Source: the human T2T-CHM13v2.0 reference genome, Homo sapiens. From it: 64,000 nucleotides of DNA. Below are positions 14,796 to 29,985 of this stretch, piece after piece. A program made the position numbers and the translations under genes. Numbering within the stretch: the first letter of the stretch is position 1; each line of letters opens with the position of its first letter. The notes below the pieces were generated by a model. That model saw only the letters and a program-made list of their open reading frames with translations, made no database searches and was not told where the DNA came from. The stretch is from assembly GCF_009914755.1 (NCBI RefSeq), contig NC_060940.1, one strand, 5' to 3'.

Positions 14796-16566
14796 AAATT
14801 AATTAATTGAATTAAATTAAAATGTATATAAGCAACTGCCTAGAAATCCTTACTTCAGAAATTACTTCCATCTCCACTCTCAAATAGACCATTTTGTTTT
14901 ATGCTTCTATGAAGATGTTTGAGGAAACTGGATTTTGCATACAGCAGGTGCTCAGAATATACAGAAAGGAACCAAGCTAGGCCTTAGCACAGGGCTCCTT
15001 AGTGAGGCGGGTGACTGCAAGGGTTGAAGACCCGGACTCTGCAGCCAGGCACCATGTCCAAATTCAGGCCCCAGCACTTAGCAATCACATGACCTTGTAC
15101 AAGTTACCTACCCTTTCCTTGCCTCAGTTTCCTCCTTTGTGACAATGGGGACAATAACAGAAACTGCCACACAAGAGGGATGTTAGAGAACTGACCAAGC
15201 GAATGTAAGTAATGACTTGGAGCAACGTATGGCTAAGAGTAAGTTAGGGGTTGTTACGATGACTTTCCTGAGATAAACAGGGAGATCTTTTAGCTGTGGG
15301 TCAAGTGCAGGAGGACAGTGGAGCTCAAGGCCTAATGGAAACTAACACTAATTGTACAGCTTACACTTGTCAACCACTACCCCCGTCTACATGCTTTACA
15401 TGTACAAACTCACTGAATCCTATGAGACAACAATCCTATGAGGTTGGTTCTATTATTATTCCACAGCTTCAGAGAGGCTGAACAAATTACCTAAGGCCAC
15501 AGAACCAATAAAATGGTGAACAGTAATAACCATAATGATTCCAATAAATACCTAATGTTTGTTAGTGCTTGCATTTATGGAACGCCTCTACTTGATGGCA
15601 ATGAATAATTCAGCAGATGTTTTTGGAATATCTGTTCTGTGTAATTCAGGTGTTGGGCCTTTTGAGAGACAGAGTGGTGAATCTGAAATGGTTTGTGTCT
15701 TTGAAGGGGGCTCATATTAGTAGGGCAGCCAGATTTGTGCAAAAAGAACTGCAAATGCTTAGCAGGGAATGCCAGTAGAAGGCTGGGTTTGGAGATCCCG
15801 TCACGGAGGAGAGGAAAAATAAACTGGGTCTTGAAGGATGAGTGGGATTTTTAAAGGGCTGGGAGTGGGAGTGACATAAGCAAAGTCACCAGGAGGGGGA
15901 TGTGCCCGGTGTAATTGAGGACTGGAGGTTAAGCCCAGCCTAGGTGGCAGGAGGAAGTCAAGCTAGGGCTAGAGGAGAGGACACAGGAAGAGATGAGGCT
16001 GGAAAGGGGCTAATAACAGATCACAAAGGGGGTTGGCTTAAAGGAAAGGAGCCAAAGCAGTGTTGCCTTTTCCAAAAATTAAAGTATCTGTTTCAATATC
16101 AAAGTAACCCACAACCCTCGAGGCAATTGGTAAACCACAGAAAAATAAAGATATCAAAATGAAATAGATGAAATCCCAGTATCCCCCACAACTATAGGTC
16201 ATAAGTTGGAGTTTCTTCCTCCATTTCTGTCAATGGTTGTTTGTGTTATGCTGTAAAAAAAAAAAAAGCAAGAGTAAGAATGGACAGTAACAATAACCAG
16301 GCAGGTGAAAGGATTCCTTTTTTGCAGATAAGGAAATTAAAACTCTGAGATGTTACCAAAAATTGCTTTTCCCTGGAAGATTTCCCTAAGCCATCAAGTC
16401 TTCCCATACCCTCACCCTCAGGTTGGCTTAGGGGACGCACTTTCCAACATGCTTCTATTTGGGATTTGTGTCTTTTTGTTCAGGGGCCTATCCCCAGGGT
16501 CTAGAACATAATCTGGCTCAGAATAGGCCTCAGTAACTATTTGGGGTGTGTGTGTGTGTGTGTGTT

Positions 16567-17150
16567 TGAGACAGGGTCTCGCTCCATCACCTAGGCTGGA
16601 GTACAGTGGTGTGATAATAGTTCACTGCAGCCTTGAACTCTTGGGCTCAAGCGATCCTCCTGCATTAGCCTCTCAAGTAGATGGGACTATAGGTATATAC
16701 CACCATGCCTGGTTAATTTTTGTCTTTTTTTTTTTTTTTGAGACAGGCTGTCACTCTGTTTCCCAGGCTAGAGTGCAGTGGCGTGATCATGGCTCACTGC
16801 AGCCTCAACCTCCCTGGGCTCAGATGATCCTCCCACCTCAGCCTCCTGAGTAGCTGGGTCTACAGGCATGTACCACCAAGCCCAGCTAATTTTTTTTTTT
16901 TTTTTGCAGGGTTGGAAGTAGAAATAGGGTCTTGCCATGTTGCCCAGGCTAGTCTCAAACTCCTGGATTCAAGCAATCCTCCTGCCTTGGCCTTCCACAA
17001 CTGGGATTACAAGACATGAGCCACCACAGATGGCTGATTTTTGTTTTTGCTTTGTTTTGTTTTTTGGTAGAGACGGAGTCTTTCCATGTTGCCCAGGCTA
17101 GTCTTGAACTCCTGACTTAAACAATCCTCCTGCCTGGGCCTCCCAAAGTT
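16567..17150 (-). mobile_element. Nested AluJ-type elements (one inserted in the A-rich linker of another)
   Basis: Right arm ~16567-16720, complete Alu ~16725-17030, left arm resumes ~17060-17150; (TG)n tail. Confidence 0.75.
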
Positions 17151-17405
17151 CCTACTTGTTGAATGAATGGATAAATCCTCTCTAGTCTCTGAATGTAAGT
17201 GGCATTTCCTGCATTATTGTTGACCTGCTTTCATGACACACAGGCAATTGTTAATGGTTATCCACACTCAACCTAGGAATTATTTTCTTTCTCTTTCTCC
17301 TTCCTCTTCTAACCCCCTTTTCTCCCTCTCTTGGCCCCCAGGGCAGTTATGTCCGGAGGAAGGGTAGGGAAGCATGGCCCAGAATAGGCAGTCCCAGCTG
17401 CTTAC

Positions 17406-17639
17406 CTCTCCTGAGGTGATGTGTATTACAGACTTAAATTGGATGAGCTTCTCAAAGGCAAAGGAGGAAACAGCTGCTCGGAACCTGATGGCTGTGCGTT
17501 GGTTGATGATCCAACTGGAGGAGAAACTCAGAGACTTCACACATTCGGAGAGAAAAAGGGCAAAGCAGAGTCCCACTCCATGGACAACATTCCCCAACTG
17601 CTCTTCTGAATATTCCAGGATCTTTGGTATAATCAATAT
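17406..17639 (-). CDS. ABCC11: ABCC11 coding exon 5 (c.544-777): [10 protein letters not shown]...HITSGE
   Basis: tgtag|ATA ... GAG|gtaagc; 234 nt. Confidence 0.97.
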
Positions 17640-19089
17640 CTACAAGGAAATGGGAGTTTGGATCATTCAGACCACCCTGCCAGACACGTTTGATGTTTTG
17701 TTGCTGGAAGAAGGGTTGGGAGGTCTGATTCATGCTGGGGGTTTGTTGAAGGATCAAAACTGACTCAAGTACAATCCTGCCCTCAAGAAGGTTAAGGTCC
17801 AGTTGGAGGAGACTTAGGAGTTCAACTGACCCAGTTCTGCAACCTTAGGTGGCTGTCCTCATCCTGACAGGAGACAGGGGACACACACAAAACAGTGATT
17901 TAGGCGTTAACAAAGTGGCTTTACAAAGGTGTAGACAGAATATAGGAAATCCAACAAGGCCTGGTGGAGCACCATGAAGCTGGTGACAGCAGGGAACAGT
18001 GGCCTCCTTAGACTTAAGGGGCAAGAGCAGGAAGAGGTTCTGTGGCCCAAAAGGGGTGAGGCACACAGAGAGGGTCTGGACAGGAGCTCTGGTCACCAGC
18101 CTCCAAGGACAAGGAGGGAGGCCGCCTGGGGAATATGTATCTTGACCTCATCTTCTTCCTCCTTCCAGTCTCCTATTAGAATCTCCCACCGGTCAACCCC
18201 AACCAGAAGCCAGAGGGCAGTGGGGGTCCATTAATGTGATCCACATTAGGGGCACAGGGCAGGATGGAAAATGATGGAGAGTGGATCTAGAGGACCCGGC
18301 ACCTAACTGTCACCCGACTCAGTTATCTCTGTTCTGTCATCGACTGCTGTTTCTTCCTGACCTACCTTCACCTCCCCGTAGCTGGTACCAGTGCCTCAGT
18401 TTTCTTCTGGGAAGACTCCCACCTCCCCCATTGGTGCAGTCTAGGCTGGACTGTAAATCAAAGTACCCCGCTTCTTCTGGCCAACCAGTGATCATGTGAC
18501 CCCAGCTGGCCAATCAGACTCTTTCTCTCATATGAGACTCTTGGGCTGAGGAACTGGAGAATGATGGGAAATAGAGCACATTCATCCCAACCATGTTACC
18601 TGGAGAAGACCATTATTTCCTGCTACCTACATTCCCAGAGTTGCTCAGCCATTTCTCAGAGGAGCTAACATGTGCTGAGCCAGGCCATGTTCTAAATGCT
18701 TTATATACTTATCTCATTTAATGTTACCCTATGAGGCAGCTCTCCATTTTACATGCAAGGGTTTCCATAAGGTCTACACCTGAGGGTCCCATGGGATTCC
18801 ATGGGGAAACCAAGTCGCAGAGAATGTGACTATATTGCTAGAAGTCACCCAGCAGCTAAGTGCCAGGGACATGGTTTGAATCCAAGCAGTGGCTACAGGG
18901 CCACTCCTTGGTGGTTAGCTACTCCTAACCACCATGCTCTACTGTCCTCAAAAGGTCTTCATTTTCTAGACAGCAACTGAAAGACAAATGCATCTCTAAC
19001 TCCTGGCATGGACTTGAACATGCCCGCAGTTCCATCGCTAAACCTCTGAAGCCTAGAGTCCCCCAAACCTCACCAAGTCTGCCACTTAC

Positions 19090-19237
19090 TGGCCTGAGTA
19101 CACTGGCAATGCAGAAGCAGATGCCCAGAAGTGCATCGAAAATCAACCTTGTTCTCTGGAACCTCAGCATCACCAGAAGCACTGAAGCTTTTTCAATCCC
19201 TCGCCTTGAGACTTCTTCTTCCCAAAGGCGGTGAAGC
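19090..19237 (-). CDS. ABCC11: ABCC11 coding exon 4 (c.396-543): LHRLWEEEV...IASVLRP, carrying Arg180
   Basis: tcaag|G CTT ... CCA|gtaagt; 148 nt; cumulative exon lengths put c.538 at position 19095. Confidence 0.98.
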
Positions 19238-19532
19238 CTTGAAAAGAGGATAATGGAACTGGTGGAATCTCTTTGCATGTGACATCCAAACATCCTAGTT
19301 CTTGCTAGCCAGGAGCTTTGTTGCAGAAATTTTCAAACATAACAGAATAGAACAATGTAGTAATCTTCTGAGTACTCATCCCCCTTTCCAGAATCAAAAA
19401 TGTTTGACATTTTTGTTTCATGTCTCTTCCCTTTGACTTTTGTTTCCTGGAGGATTTGAAGCAAATCTCAGTCATCATATCATTTTATCTCTAAATGCTT
19501 CAGTATATATCTCTTTCAGATAAAGTCCTTTA

Positions 19533-20045
<513 letters not shown>

Positions 20046-20837
20046 CCACAGTAACAATAATTACTTAATGGCATTTAATGCCCAGTCTGTATTGAAATTT
20101 CTCTAATTATTTAAACATGTCTTTATAGAGTTAGTTTCTCTGAATCAAGATCCAAACAAGGTCTAAAGGAGAAATCTGATAGAACTCTTGAGCTGCATTT
20201 TAATCTGTAAGCGTTTCCCCTTGTCTGCATTTCTATGCCATTTATTTGTTGGAGAAACTGATTTTTATTTATCCTGTAGGATCTCCCACACTCTGAACTG
20301 GACTGATTGCATCTCCATGGTGTTGTCTAACATAATTGTTGATCCCTTGTGCTTCCTAATAAACTGGTCACTAGACCTAAGGCTTAATGAAATCCAGAAT
20401 TCCAGCCGTTTGGCAAAAAAAAATGTAAGAGGTGATGAGTGTACTTCCTGTCGCCTCACATCAGGAACCACATGATGTCTGGTGTCCCACTTTTAGGAAT
20501 GTTGGTGGGGATCAGTGGGTTAAGGTGTGTCAGCCTGGCTCCTTCATTATCAAGATCTCCAACACTGATGACCATTGCCTAGCGCCACCTCCACTAGTGC
20601 TGGAAAAATGATGAGTTTTCTAATTCTTCCATTCCTTCTGTATTTCGTAGTTTGCGTATATAGTGAGATCTCATCTTTAAACAAAAAACAAAAACGGAGT
20701 GATTGCAAAAGTGTTTGTGGACAGACATTGTAAGTAACGAAATTAAAAAGAGAATCAGTGAACTGGAAGAGAATGGAAAGAAATCAGGAGATCTTGTACT
20801 CACAATGGTTAGAGAAGAACAAGCAAACTCAAATTGA

Positions 20838-21071
<234 letters not shown>

Positions 21072-21079
21072 TGATCCAC

Positions 21080-21544
<465 letters not shown>

Positions 21545-21974
21545 TCAAAGTTTACCCAGTTTCTGTACTCCATGTGAAAACATGTGCCTTCAATGTGTTA
21601 AGTTGCTTTGTAAATCTCCAACACCTGGCTATAACACAACATTTCACAAACTCCTCTGACTACTGAATGCTCTTTATGGGGAGGCTCTTATGAGACTATA
21701 ATTTCCAGAACACATTTGGAAACTCATTTTCCACCTGGTATCTCTCATGAAGCAGCTAGAGGTAGGAACATGAATACAGGATCTTTAAAATCACATATTC
21801 ATATTCTCCCACCTTTTGTCCTCATATTACCGTGTGTGGTGGGTGGTACAAGAAATTTAATCACACAACTAGTTAGCGGTGGCTTGAGCACTGGGAGACT
21901 GGGCCACTTACCCAAAGTAATACTCAGTGCCACTGTTGAATGCCTGATCCAGAAGAGAAAATCAAAAGGGACTA

Positions 21975-22436
<462 letters not shown>

Positions 22437-22613
22437 TTAGGAGATTCATGAACCCCACGTTAAAAACCCTCACCTAGTATGAGGCCTCTTCCTACAGGAA
22501 GAGCCAAGTCGTCTGGCATGGCCCCTCCCTACCACCCTTAGGCATCTCTGGTCATTATCCCACCAAGAGATTGTCTTTTAACCTATCCACTGGTTTGCCC
22601 AGCGCAGCTTCAC

Positions 22614-22772
22614 CTTTGGACATTTTTGTCTGAGGCATCATGGACTGACAGTGGAGGGATGGTGTTCTCATCTAAGCGACTCCGTAAGCTTTGGATCATG
22701 AGCGGGGTGAGCCATGACACGGTGAGGTAGGAGAACAGGCCAGCATTGTCCAGGGGCTGGGGGGCAGGAAAC
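22614..22772 (-). CDS. ABCC11: ABCC11 coding exon 3 (c.237-395): [25 protein letters not shown]...DKNVQ(R)
   Basis: ctag|G TTT ... AG|gtgaag; 159 nt, phase 2-2; ABC-C lasso/L0 motif [15 protein letters not shown]. Confidence 0.97.
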
Positions 22773-23119
22773 CTAGTAGAGGGGCCACAAGGATAAGAAT
22801 GAATTCAGGATCAAGATTTTGCAAGGATGAATGACAACCATATTAAAACACAACGAGGTTACCCAGATCTACACACAAACATGTTTTCATGACTCTTATT
22901 TGTAAGTTGAAAATCATAAACAACAAAAGTGCCCATTAATTGAGGAATTATTTAAACAAAAAGAGAGAAATTATGATCTACCCATACTATAAAATGCAAA
23001 TGCAATGTAGATGTTTGGGGTTTTTTTTTTTTCAATAAGGTTTGTTTATATGTAAAACACAGGAAGAGTTCCAAGCAAAAGCCAAAAAAAAGCCACTTGC
23101 AGATTAAAAACTCAGTATT

Positions 23120-23420
<301 letters not shown>

Positions 23421-24264
23421 TCAGTATTTTTTTCACTTATATAAAAAAGGAAGAAAGGAGAGAAAGCAGACAAAACAGTATGTACATTTATATCACATTG
23501 CTGATAGTGGTTGACATTGAAAAAGGAGTTGGAGTTGACAAAGAAATAGGAAGAGAGGTCCTCAAGGCTTTAATTCTTCTGTGAAACTTTTACAAACAAT
23601 AAAATTGAATACATAAATAATTAAAGATGATAAGGTATTACCTTTAAGAATGATTTACAAATACCAAAAATGACTAAATTAGGGTATTGGGATTATGTGT
23701 CATTTTTCCACTTTTTTTTTTTTCAAAATTGCCTTTAAGTTTATGTGTTTCAATGGGAAGAAAATGCAATTCGAAAAGAGACTTGAGGAGAAAGATGGGA
23801 AGATGAAAATGCCGAACTTATAAGATTTCTTTTGGGGGGTAGGGGAGAGGGACTATGACGTCTTTTCTCTACCCTTTCATATCCTCACAGCATTCTCAAC
23901 AAGGCTGGCCACATGCCATTGCCAGGGATATTGGAGCAAGGAGCGGGTGAGGGGAGGGCAAGAGATTGTACCATTTGTGATCACAAAAGACAGGGCAAGA
24001 CCTATGAGCCAGTGCTAATATCTTAAAGCCCCAACAGAAACAATATATTTATCTAAGATGAGGTTACCCAGGTGAATGAAAGTACCAAGGTTCTTTGTTC
24101 TTGGTGGAGATAACATAATTCAATATGGTAACAATGTAACTAGTATTGACAGAAGCTCAGATTTTAAAAATGGGCAAACAAATGCAGTTTGTTGATAGAT
24201 AAAAATCTTAGAAAACATGTTGGAAATCAACTTGGTTACTCCCATAACCAAGGCTGGTAACTTT

Positions 24265-24571
24265 TTTTTTTTTTTTTTTTTTTGAGACGGAGGCTCGCTC
24301 TGTCACCCAGCCCGGACTGCGGACTGCAGTGGCGCAATCTCGGCTCACTGCAAGCTCCGCTTCCCGGGTTCACACCATTCTCCTGCCTCAGCCTCCTGAG
24401 TAGCTGGGACTACAGGCGCCTGCCACCGCACCCGGCTAATTTTTTGTATTTTTAGTAGAGACGGGGTTTCACCTTGTTAGCCAGGATGGTCTCGATCTCC
24501 TGACCTCATGATCCACCCGCCTCGGCCTCCCAAAGTGCTGGGATTACAGGCGTGAGCCACCGCGCCCGGCC
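24265..24571 (-). mobile_element. AluYb8 (human-specific lineage)
   Basis: Diagnostic 7-bp duplication GCAGTCCGCAGTCC, plus GGATCATGAGG, TAACAAGGTG and GGGAAGCGG; perfect TSD ggctggtaacttt at 24252-24264 and 24572-24584. Confidence 0.92.
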
Positions 24572-24589
24572 GGCTGGTAACTTTAATGT

Positions 24590-25085
24590 GGCCTTTGAGA
24601 ACCTGTCTGATCCGCTTGCCTCTGCAGCCTCACCTCATGCCACACCCACATCACACAAGACTCTCCAGTGACACTGGCCTCCTTCTTTCTCAGTTCCTGG
24701 ACACATCATGCTGTGTTCCTTGCCCCTCCAGGCAAGGCTGTCCCACAGGCTGTTCCTTGATCATTCTTCTCCTACTCTTGCTTAGGAAATTCTTGTTCTC
24801 CCTCTAGGTGTCACTCAGCTTAAGCCACTCAGAACCTACCAAGTTGTCATGGTTCTCCGGTCCCTCAACACTCGCATACTTCTTCACAGCACCTTCCTCA
24901 AACAGCTTGTAATCATGTCATGCACAAGTTTATTTGCTTATTGTCTTTCTCTCCCATGTGAGGTCCATGATGGCAAAGATCACGTCTGTTTGCTCACTGT
25001 TCTTCCCCTGTGATGTAGCACAGTGCCTGGCACATGTAGGTGCTCAATGATCCTTTCTGTATGAATAAATAATGAATGAATGGCT
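24590..25085 (+). mobile_element. L2 relic (3' end)
   Basis: cagtgcctggcacatgtaggtgctcaat...gaatgaa terminus. Confidence 0.65.
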
Positions 25086-25244
25086 ATGACGATGTGCCTC
25101 CCTGGTGTGCCTCAGGCTGCTCTGAAGGGATTTGGCTGTGTAGGGATGTAGTTATGCAACCTTCGTGAGAGGTCTAGTTGGGAGGGTTGGGGATCATTGC
25201 CCTGGTGGATACAGCTCTCTCCCACCACCCCCATCAGGACTCAC

Positions 25245-25381
25245 CTCGGCTTGGGACGGAAGGGAATCATGGTTCTCAAGGCAGCATCATACTTCCCCCA
25301 CGGTGGGACAGCTGCCCTCCCTGGAGCCTCAGGATTTCTCTCTTGCTGACTCCAGGGGCCATCTTGGAGAGTATAGGTTTT
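25245..25381 (-). CDS. ABCC11: ABCC11 coding exon 2 (c.100-236): [10 protein letters not shown]...IPFRPKP(R)
   Basis: ccaag|AAA ... AG|gtgagt; 137 nt. Confidence 0.97.
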
Positions 25382-26192
25382 CTTGGAAAAGAAAAACAAA
25401 AGAGCATCAGTTTCAAATCTCGTAAATTCTGTCCTGAGGGAATGTTGGACCAGCTGCCCATGGAGAAATGGATTTTTCCATATCCTGCTTCCTAAAGAAA
25501 GGCTTCCATACCGAGAATAAGCAGGGGACCGAGAGTCAGGGCAACTGGATCCCAGCACTCGCTCTGACCCACATTTGCTGAGTGAGTCTGGCCCAGTCAC
25601 TCTACCTCTTTGGATTTTTATCTGACAGTAAACAATTTAGACAGGAATAAAGGGTGCCATAGTTAGTTACCTGCAGAATGAGGGACCAAGTCACTCTTTG
25701 AGGGTAAATCTACTAAAAAGAAACCAACAAGTAAAAAAGCAAATCCTAAAATATTATATGTTTCCCTTTTGACAACTAAAATAAAAGGACAGGTAATTTT
25801 TAGGACTTCATATAGAATAAATAATATATTCTATATAAAATAATACTTTTTAAAAGCACAGCAAGGATTGACAGAAAGAGATTCAGAATAGTGGTTACAT
25901 CAGGTAGGAAGGGTTGGGGAATGACATGGGGGAAGACCAATTGCTGCGTGTGATTGCCAAGGTCCAAGCTGATGTATTGGTGATGGGTTTGCAGATGCTT
26001 ATTATTATTATTATTAATATGAGTAAATGCATAGATAAATAGGTAATAGGTGATAGAGAGATAGATACAATCTAATCTCTATATAATATTATGCATAGAG
26101 ATATGCATAAACCATGAAGGTATGCCATGATGATGGATTATAATTGATCTCATTGTGGAAGCCTGAGGTCTATTTGAAAAAAATCAAGAGTA

Positions 26193-26480
26193 GCTGGGTG
26201 GGGTGGCTCATGCTTGTAATCCCAGTGCTTTGGGAGGCCAAGACAGGAGGATGGAGGCCAGGAGTTCATGACAAGCCTGGGCAACATAGGGAGACCCCCA
26301 TTTCTGTGAAAAATTTAAAAATTAGCTGGGCGTAGTGGTATGTGCCTATAGTCCCAGCTAGCTACTCAGGAGGCTGAGGTGGGAGGATCATTTGAACCCA
26401 GGAGGTGTCAGTGAGCTATGATTGTGCCACTGTACTCTAGCCTGGGTGACAAAGCAAGACCCTGAGTCAAAAAAAAAAAA
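26193..26480 (+). mobile_element. AluJ-like
   Basis: Diverged Alu body and poly(A). Confidence 0.8.
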
Positions 26481-26630
26481 AAAAGAGAGAGAGAGAGAGC
26501 AAAAAGAGAAAAGAAAAAAAATTCAAGGGTAAATAAGTATGGGAAGAAATTGTTTGACGTAATTTATGACCGTGGAGAATATTCTGCCAACTCAGTTTCC
26601 TGGTGTGCTGATGCTAAGAGATCTACTTAC

Positions 26631-26729
26631 ATAAATAAGTCCTGAAACCATGTCATCGCCTATGTCGATGCCACGATTCACGAGGCCACCAGAAGAGTTG
26701 GGCACCCAGTATGTCCTCTTCCTAGTCAT
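26631..26729 (-). CDS. ABCC11: ABCC11 coding exon 1 (c.1-99): [33 protein letters not shown]
   Basis: ATG at 26729 (gaaaATGa), donor TAT|gtaagt; recognisable ABCC11 N-terminus; likely acceptor (gaag|aattggcag) 18 nt upstream, exon start 26747. Confidence 0.96.
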
Positions 26730-27725
26730 TTTCAGTTCCTGCCAATTCTTCGTTTCCCAGAATCAGAGAATATGAAAAGACAGCAGGAGTTAGAAGAAGC
26801 TTAGATCTCGCCTTGAGCAGCCAGAAGAGGGGGCACTACCCTGCAGGGAGCATATTGGGGCCATGCAGAGGTTTGGGTGCCTGCTCTTTCCTCTCCTTAG
26901 CCTGTGCTTGATCCCTCTTTTTAAACATCTTCTCAGGCCTCAGGCCCAAATCACTTAGTGAAACCTTCTCTAACCACCCTCCCCAACCCACCCCCAACAC
27001 CGCACCCTTGATCCTGGGCAATCTCCTTTGATGTATCAAACCCCTGCTCATAAAATCAGTCTTCTTGCTTTATCCCAGTCTTTAACTGTGTATTTGTTTG
27101 AATCATTATTTGTTCAGACTTCATTTATGCACTACACAGAGAGCCTCATGAGCACAGGGACATGTCTGCTTTCCTCGCTGTTGAATTTCCTGGGCCTGGA
27201 ACGTGCTGGGAGGAGAGCAGGTGCTCAATAAATGAAGAATGAATGGACACATATGTGAATGAAAGAAACATCATTTTCCCTGCTTTCACTCTTGGTTTTC
27301 ACAGACCCCAGAAGGAATCTGGGGACAAGTTAGGAGACTTAAATAATCAGGGTTCTTTTTTTAAAAAAAAAATATGACTTTCATATTTGTTTTTCTGAGT
27401 ATGTGACTCACTCCCTGCTTGACTCAGAATATTCATGTGCCTGGGACAGGAGAGAAGGTAGTAATTAGGAATATTCTGAAGAGATGGAAAGAGAAAGTGT
27501 GCAGCAGAGCCAGGGCCATGAGGGTGCAGCCTGTGCCCCCCAGGGCCCCACACTCAGAAGGGCCCCAGGCTCAGTTGAATGCTTTTCTGTTGCCATCCTG
27601 AAATTCTTAATAAATTTGAACAAGAAGACCCACATTTTCATTTTCATTTTCATTTTGCACTGTTACCCACAAATTATGTAGTTGGTCCTGGTGTTCAGAT
27701 ATAGCTTTTACCATTCAAATACTGA

Positions 27726-28030
27726 GGCTGGGTATGATGGCATGCACCTGTAATTCTAGCACTTTGGGAGGCTGAGGCGGGAGGACTGCTTGAGCTCAGG
27801 AGTTTGAGACCAGCCTGGGCAACATGGCGAAACCCTGTCTCTACCAAAAATATAAAAAATTAGCTAGACGTAGTGGTGCACGCTTGTGGTCTCAGCTACT
27901 TAAGAGGCTGAGGCAGAAGTATAACTTGATCCTGGAAGGTGGAAGTTGCAATGAACTGAGATTGTGCCACTGTACTCCAGCCTGGGCAACAGAGCAAGAC
28001 CCCATCTCAAAAAACAAAACAAAACAAACA
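27726..28030 (+). mobile_element. AluJ-like
   Basis: Diverged Alu body, (CAAAA)n tail. Confidence 0.8.
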
Positions 28031-28562
28031 TTCAAATATTGGATTGTACTTCAAGCAAATAGACTGCAAGCTAACCCATTACTTTGTGAGAAGTTACTCT
28101 AGATTTCTTTGTCCCACTCCTTCCCATCCCACTTCCTTTTACCAAATCACAACCAGATCTGGTAGAGTCAGTTGCTGGAATTTTCCTACAGACCATATAA
28201 GATAGGCTTCCCAGCCAGGGCACCAGGCCATAGGCTTACTTGCCATGTAGTGGTAGAATGTGGACACTTCAGGGATGATAGAAAAGAGAAAAGAGAGAGA
28301 AGGAGGTGTATTAGATAAGAGAGAGTGACACACACTCTTTACAGCTCTGGGAGGAAGACTGGCTGCCATGAACCAGCCTAGAATATAGCTGCATTAAATT
28401 AAAACTGGCATGATTCCCTAGAATGAGGCCCTGTGGATGGGGCCACGGTATATTGCTGTATGATTTATTCACACACAAAGATCCCCAGTAAAGGGAATAG
28501 AGCAAGGGGTGGAGGCAGCAAATTTCAGAGTGCAAGTCTCATATCCTTGCAAAGGGCTGCCT

Positions 28563-29287
28563 CAGTGCTGTGCTCATAAACGTTTATATCTGTAACAAAC
28601 CTGTGGTTGCAATTGGTGATTAAGTATAGTTCCAATGCTACTTGACATTTTGCTCTATGTTAACAAGTAAGAGGAAAGTGCAATACCAGAGATATATGTT
28701 GGTTGAATCTTCACTCATTTGCCAATGACCTGAGTAACTTTGCTGAATAGTTTTCAAATGCTGAAAGAATATTCCCTTATTTTATTTTACTACTCACAAT
28801 GTAATGGCTACAGGCACCACACACTTGTACATTTAATCTGCATTATTAACATTTCCTACATTTCTTTCTTAAGACTAGACAATCAACAAAATGATAAATC
28901 CAGCCCTGATATGTAGCCTTTGCCTATTTCTGTGGTGTAAACACACCCATCATGGCCGATTTCGTGATGTGATACCAACATAACTCCACTGAATGCAGAG
29001 CTGGGAAGAGATGCGCAGCACGGCATCATCATATACTGTTTCTACCATAGAGATATAATAGATGTAAGTAACCTCAGAAGTATAAATAACAGCAAAAGGT
29101 AGCAAAATAAGTAGGAAATGATACATTTTGAGTATTATCTTTGTTTTTGATGTAATTTATTTAATTGTAAGTTTATATAATTTTTTTTTTATTAATGTTT
29201 GTGTTTAGCAGCTATGCTCTCAAAGTTCATGAAAATTTGACCGATGATTGTCATGAGGCAGTATGAACAGGTACTAGCCGACCACTG
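28563..29287. mobile_element. hAT-Blackjack-type relic (MER63-like)
   Basis: CAGTG...CACTG termini resembling MER63 ends; diverged. Confidence 0.5.
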
Positions 29288-29939
29288 TGGCATCCATCTT
29301 GCGAGAGTGCTGCCTTTTCCTAAATCCTCGTCTTGCCGGGCACATCATTTTCCAATTCACTTCTAAGTGCTCTATGGGCTGTGGCTGGCTGTGCCTGGTG
29401 GTTAGCTTTCTTGGCTTCCCTGTGGTATAGATGGGAACAAGAAGTTGCTAAAAGTCTGGGTGAAGGGCTTCCCAGAAGTGTCATAGTGGACAACCCAGGT
29501 TGCAAACAGCTGAGAGTCATGGAGAGATCTTGGAGGGGGTTATGCTGCCAACAGAAGTGGGACAGGGGAGGCCTAGCAACTCAGAGAACATCCCCAGGTG
29601 AGTGAGCCAAAAAAGGATTACTGTGCAAGCCAAGATCCAGCTGGCTTGCAAAGACAGCAGGACAGGCAGTGAGCAAGTAGACAAAAGACCTCCCCTGGGA
29701 AAGCCTAGGAGCAGAGGTCACTGTGCCCAGGTTCCTGATTCTTTCTCTGCCAGGTGACAACTCCTAGACAGAGCCTTTAGTGAGAATTATTTGATAAAAT
29801 GACTTAAATTATTGGCTCAAACAAGGTCTTAAAATGGTAAGCCAAAACATTTATTTTTCCCTCATTAACCAGCAAGTGGGGGATCATGAGGAAGACCAGA
29901 TTTATAAAGACCAAGTAAAGAAATTAGATTTTCTCTCAC

Positions 29940-29985
29940 CTTTCAGCTATAGTATGATTTGCCAACCTGGTTTATTCAAATACAC
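29940..29985 (-). other. ABCC11: Probable 46-nt non-coding 5'UTR exon of ABCC11
   Basis: Minus strand reads ctctctttgcag|GTGTATTTG...GCTGAAAG|gtgaga: polypyrimidine+CAG acceptor and consensus donor, no ATG, 3.2 kb upstream of the start codon. Confidence 0.7.
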
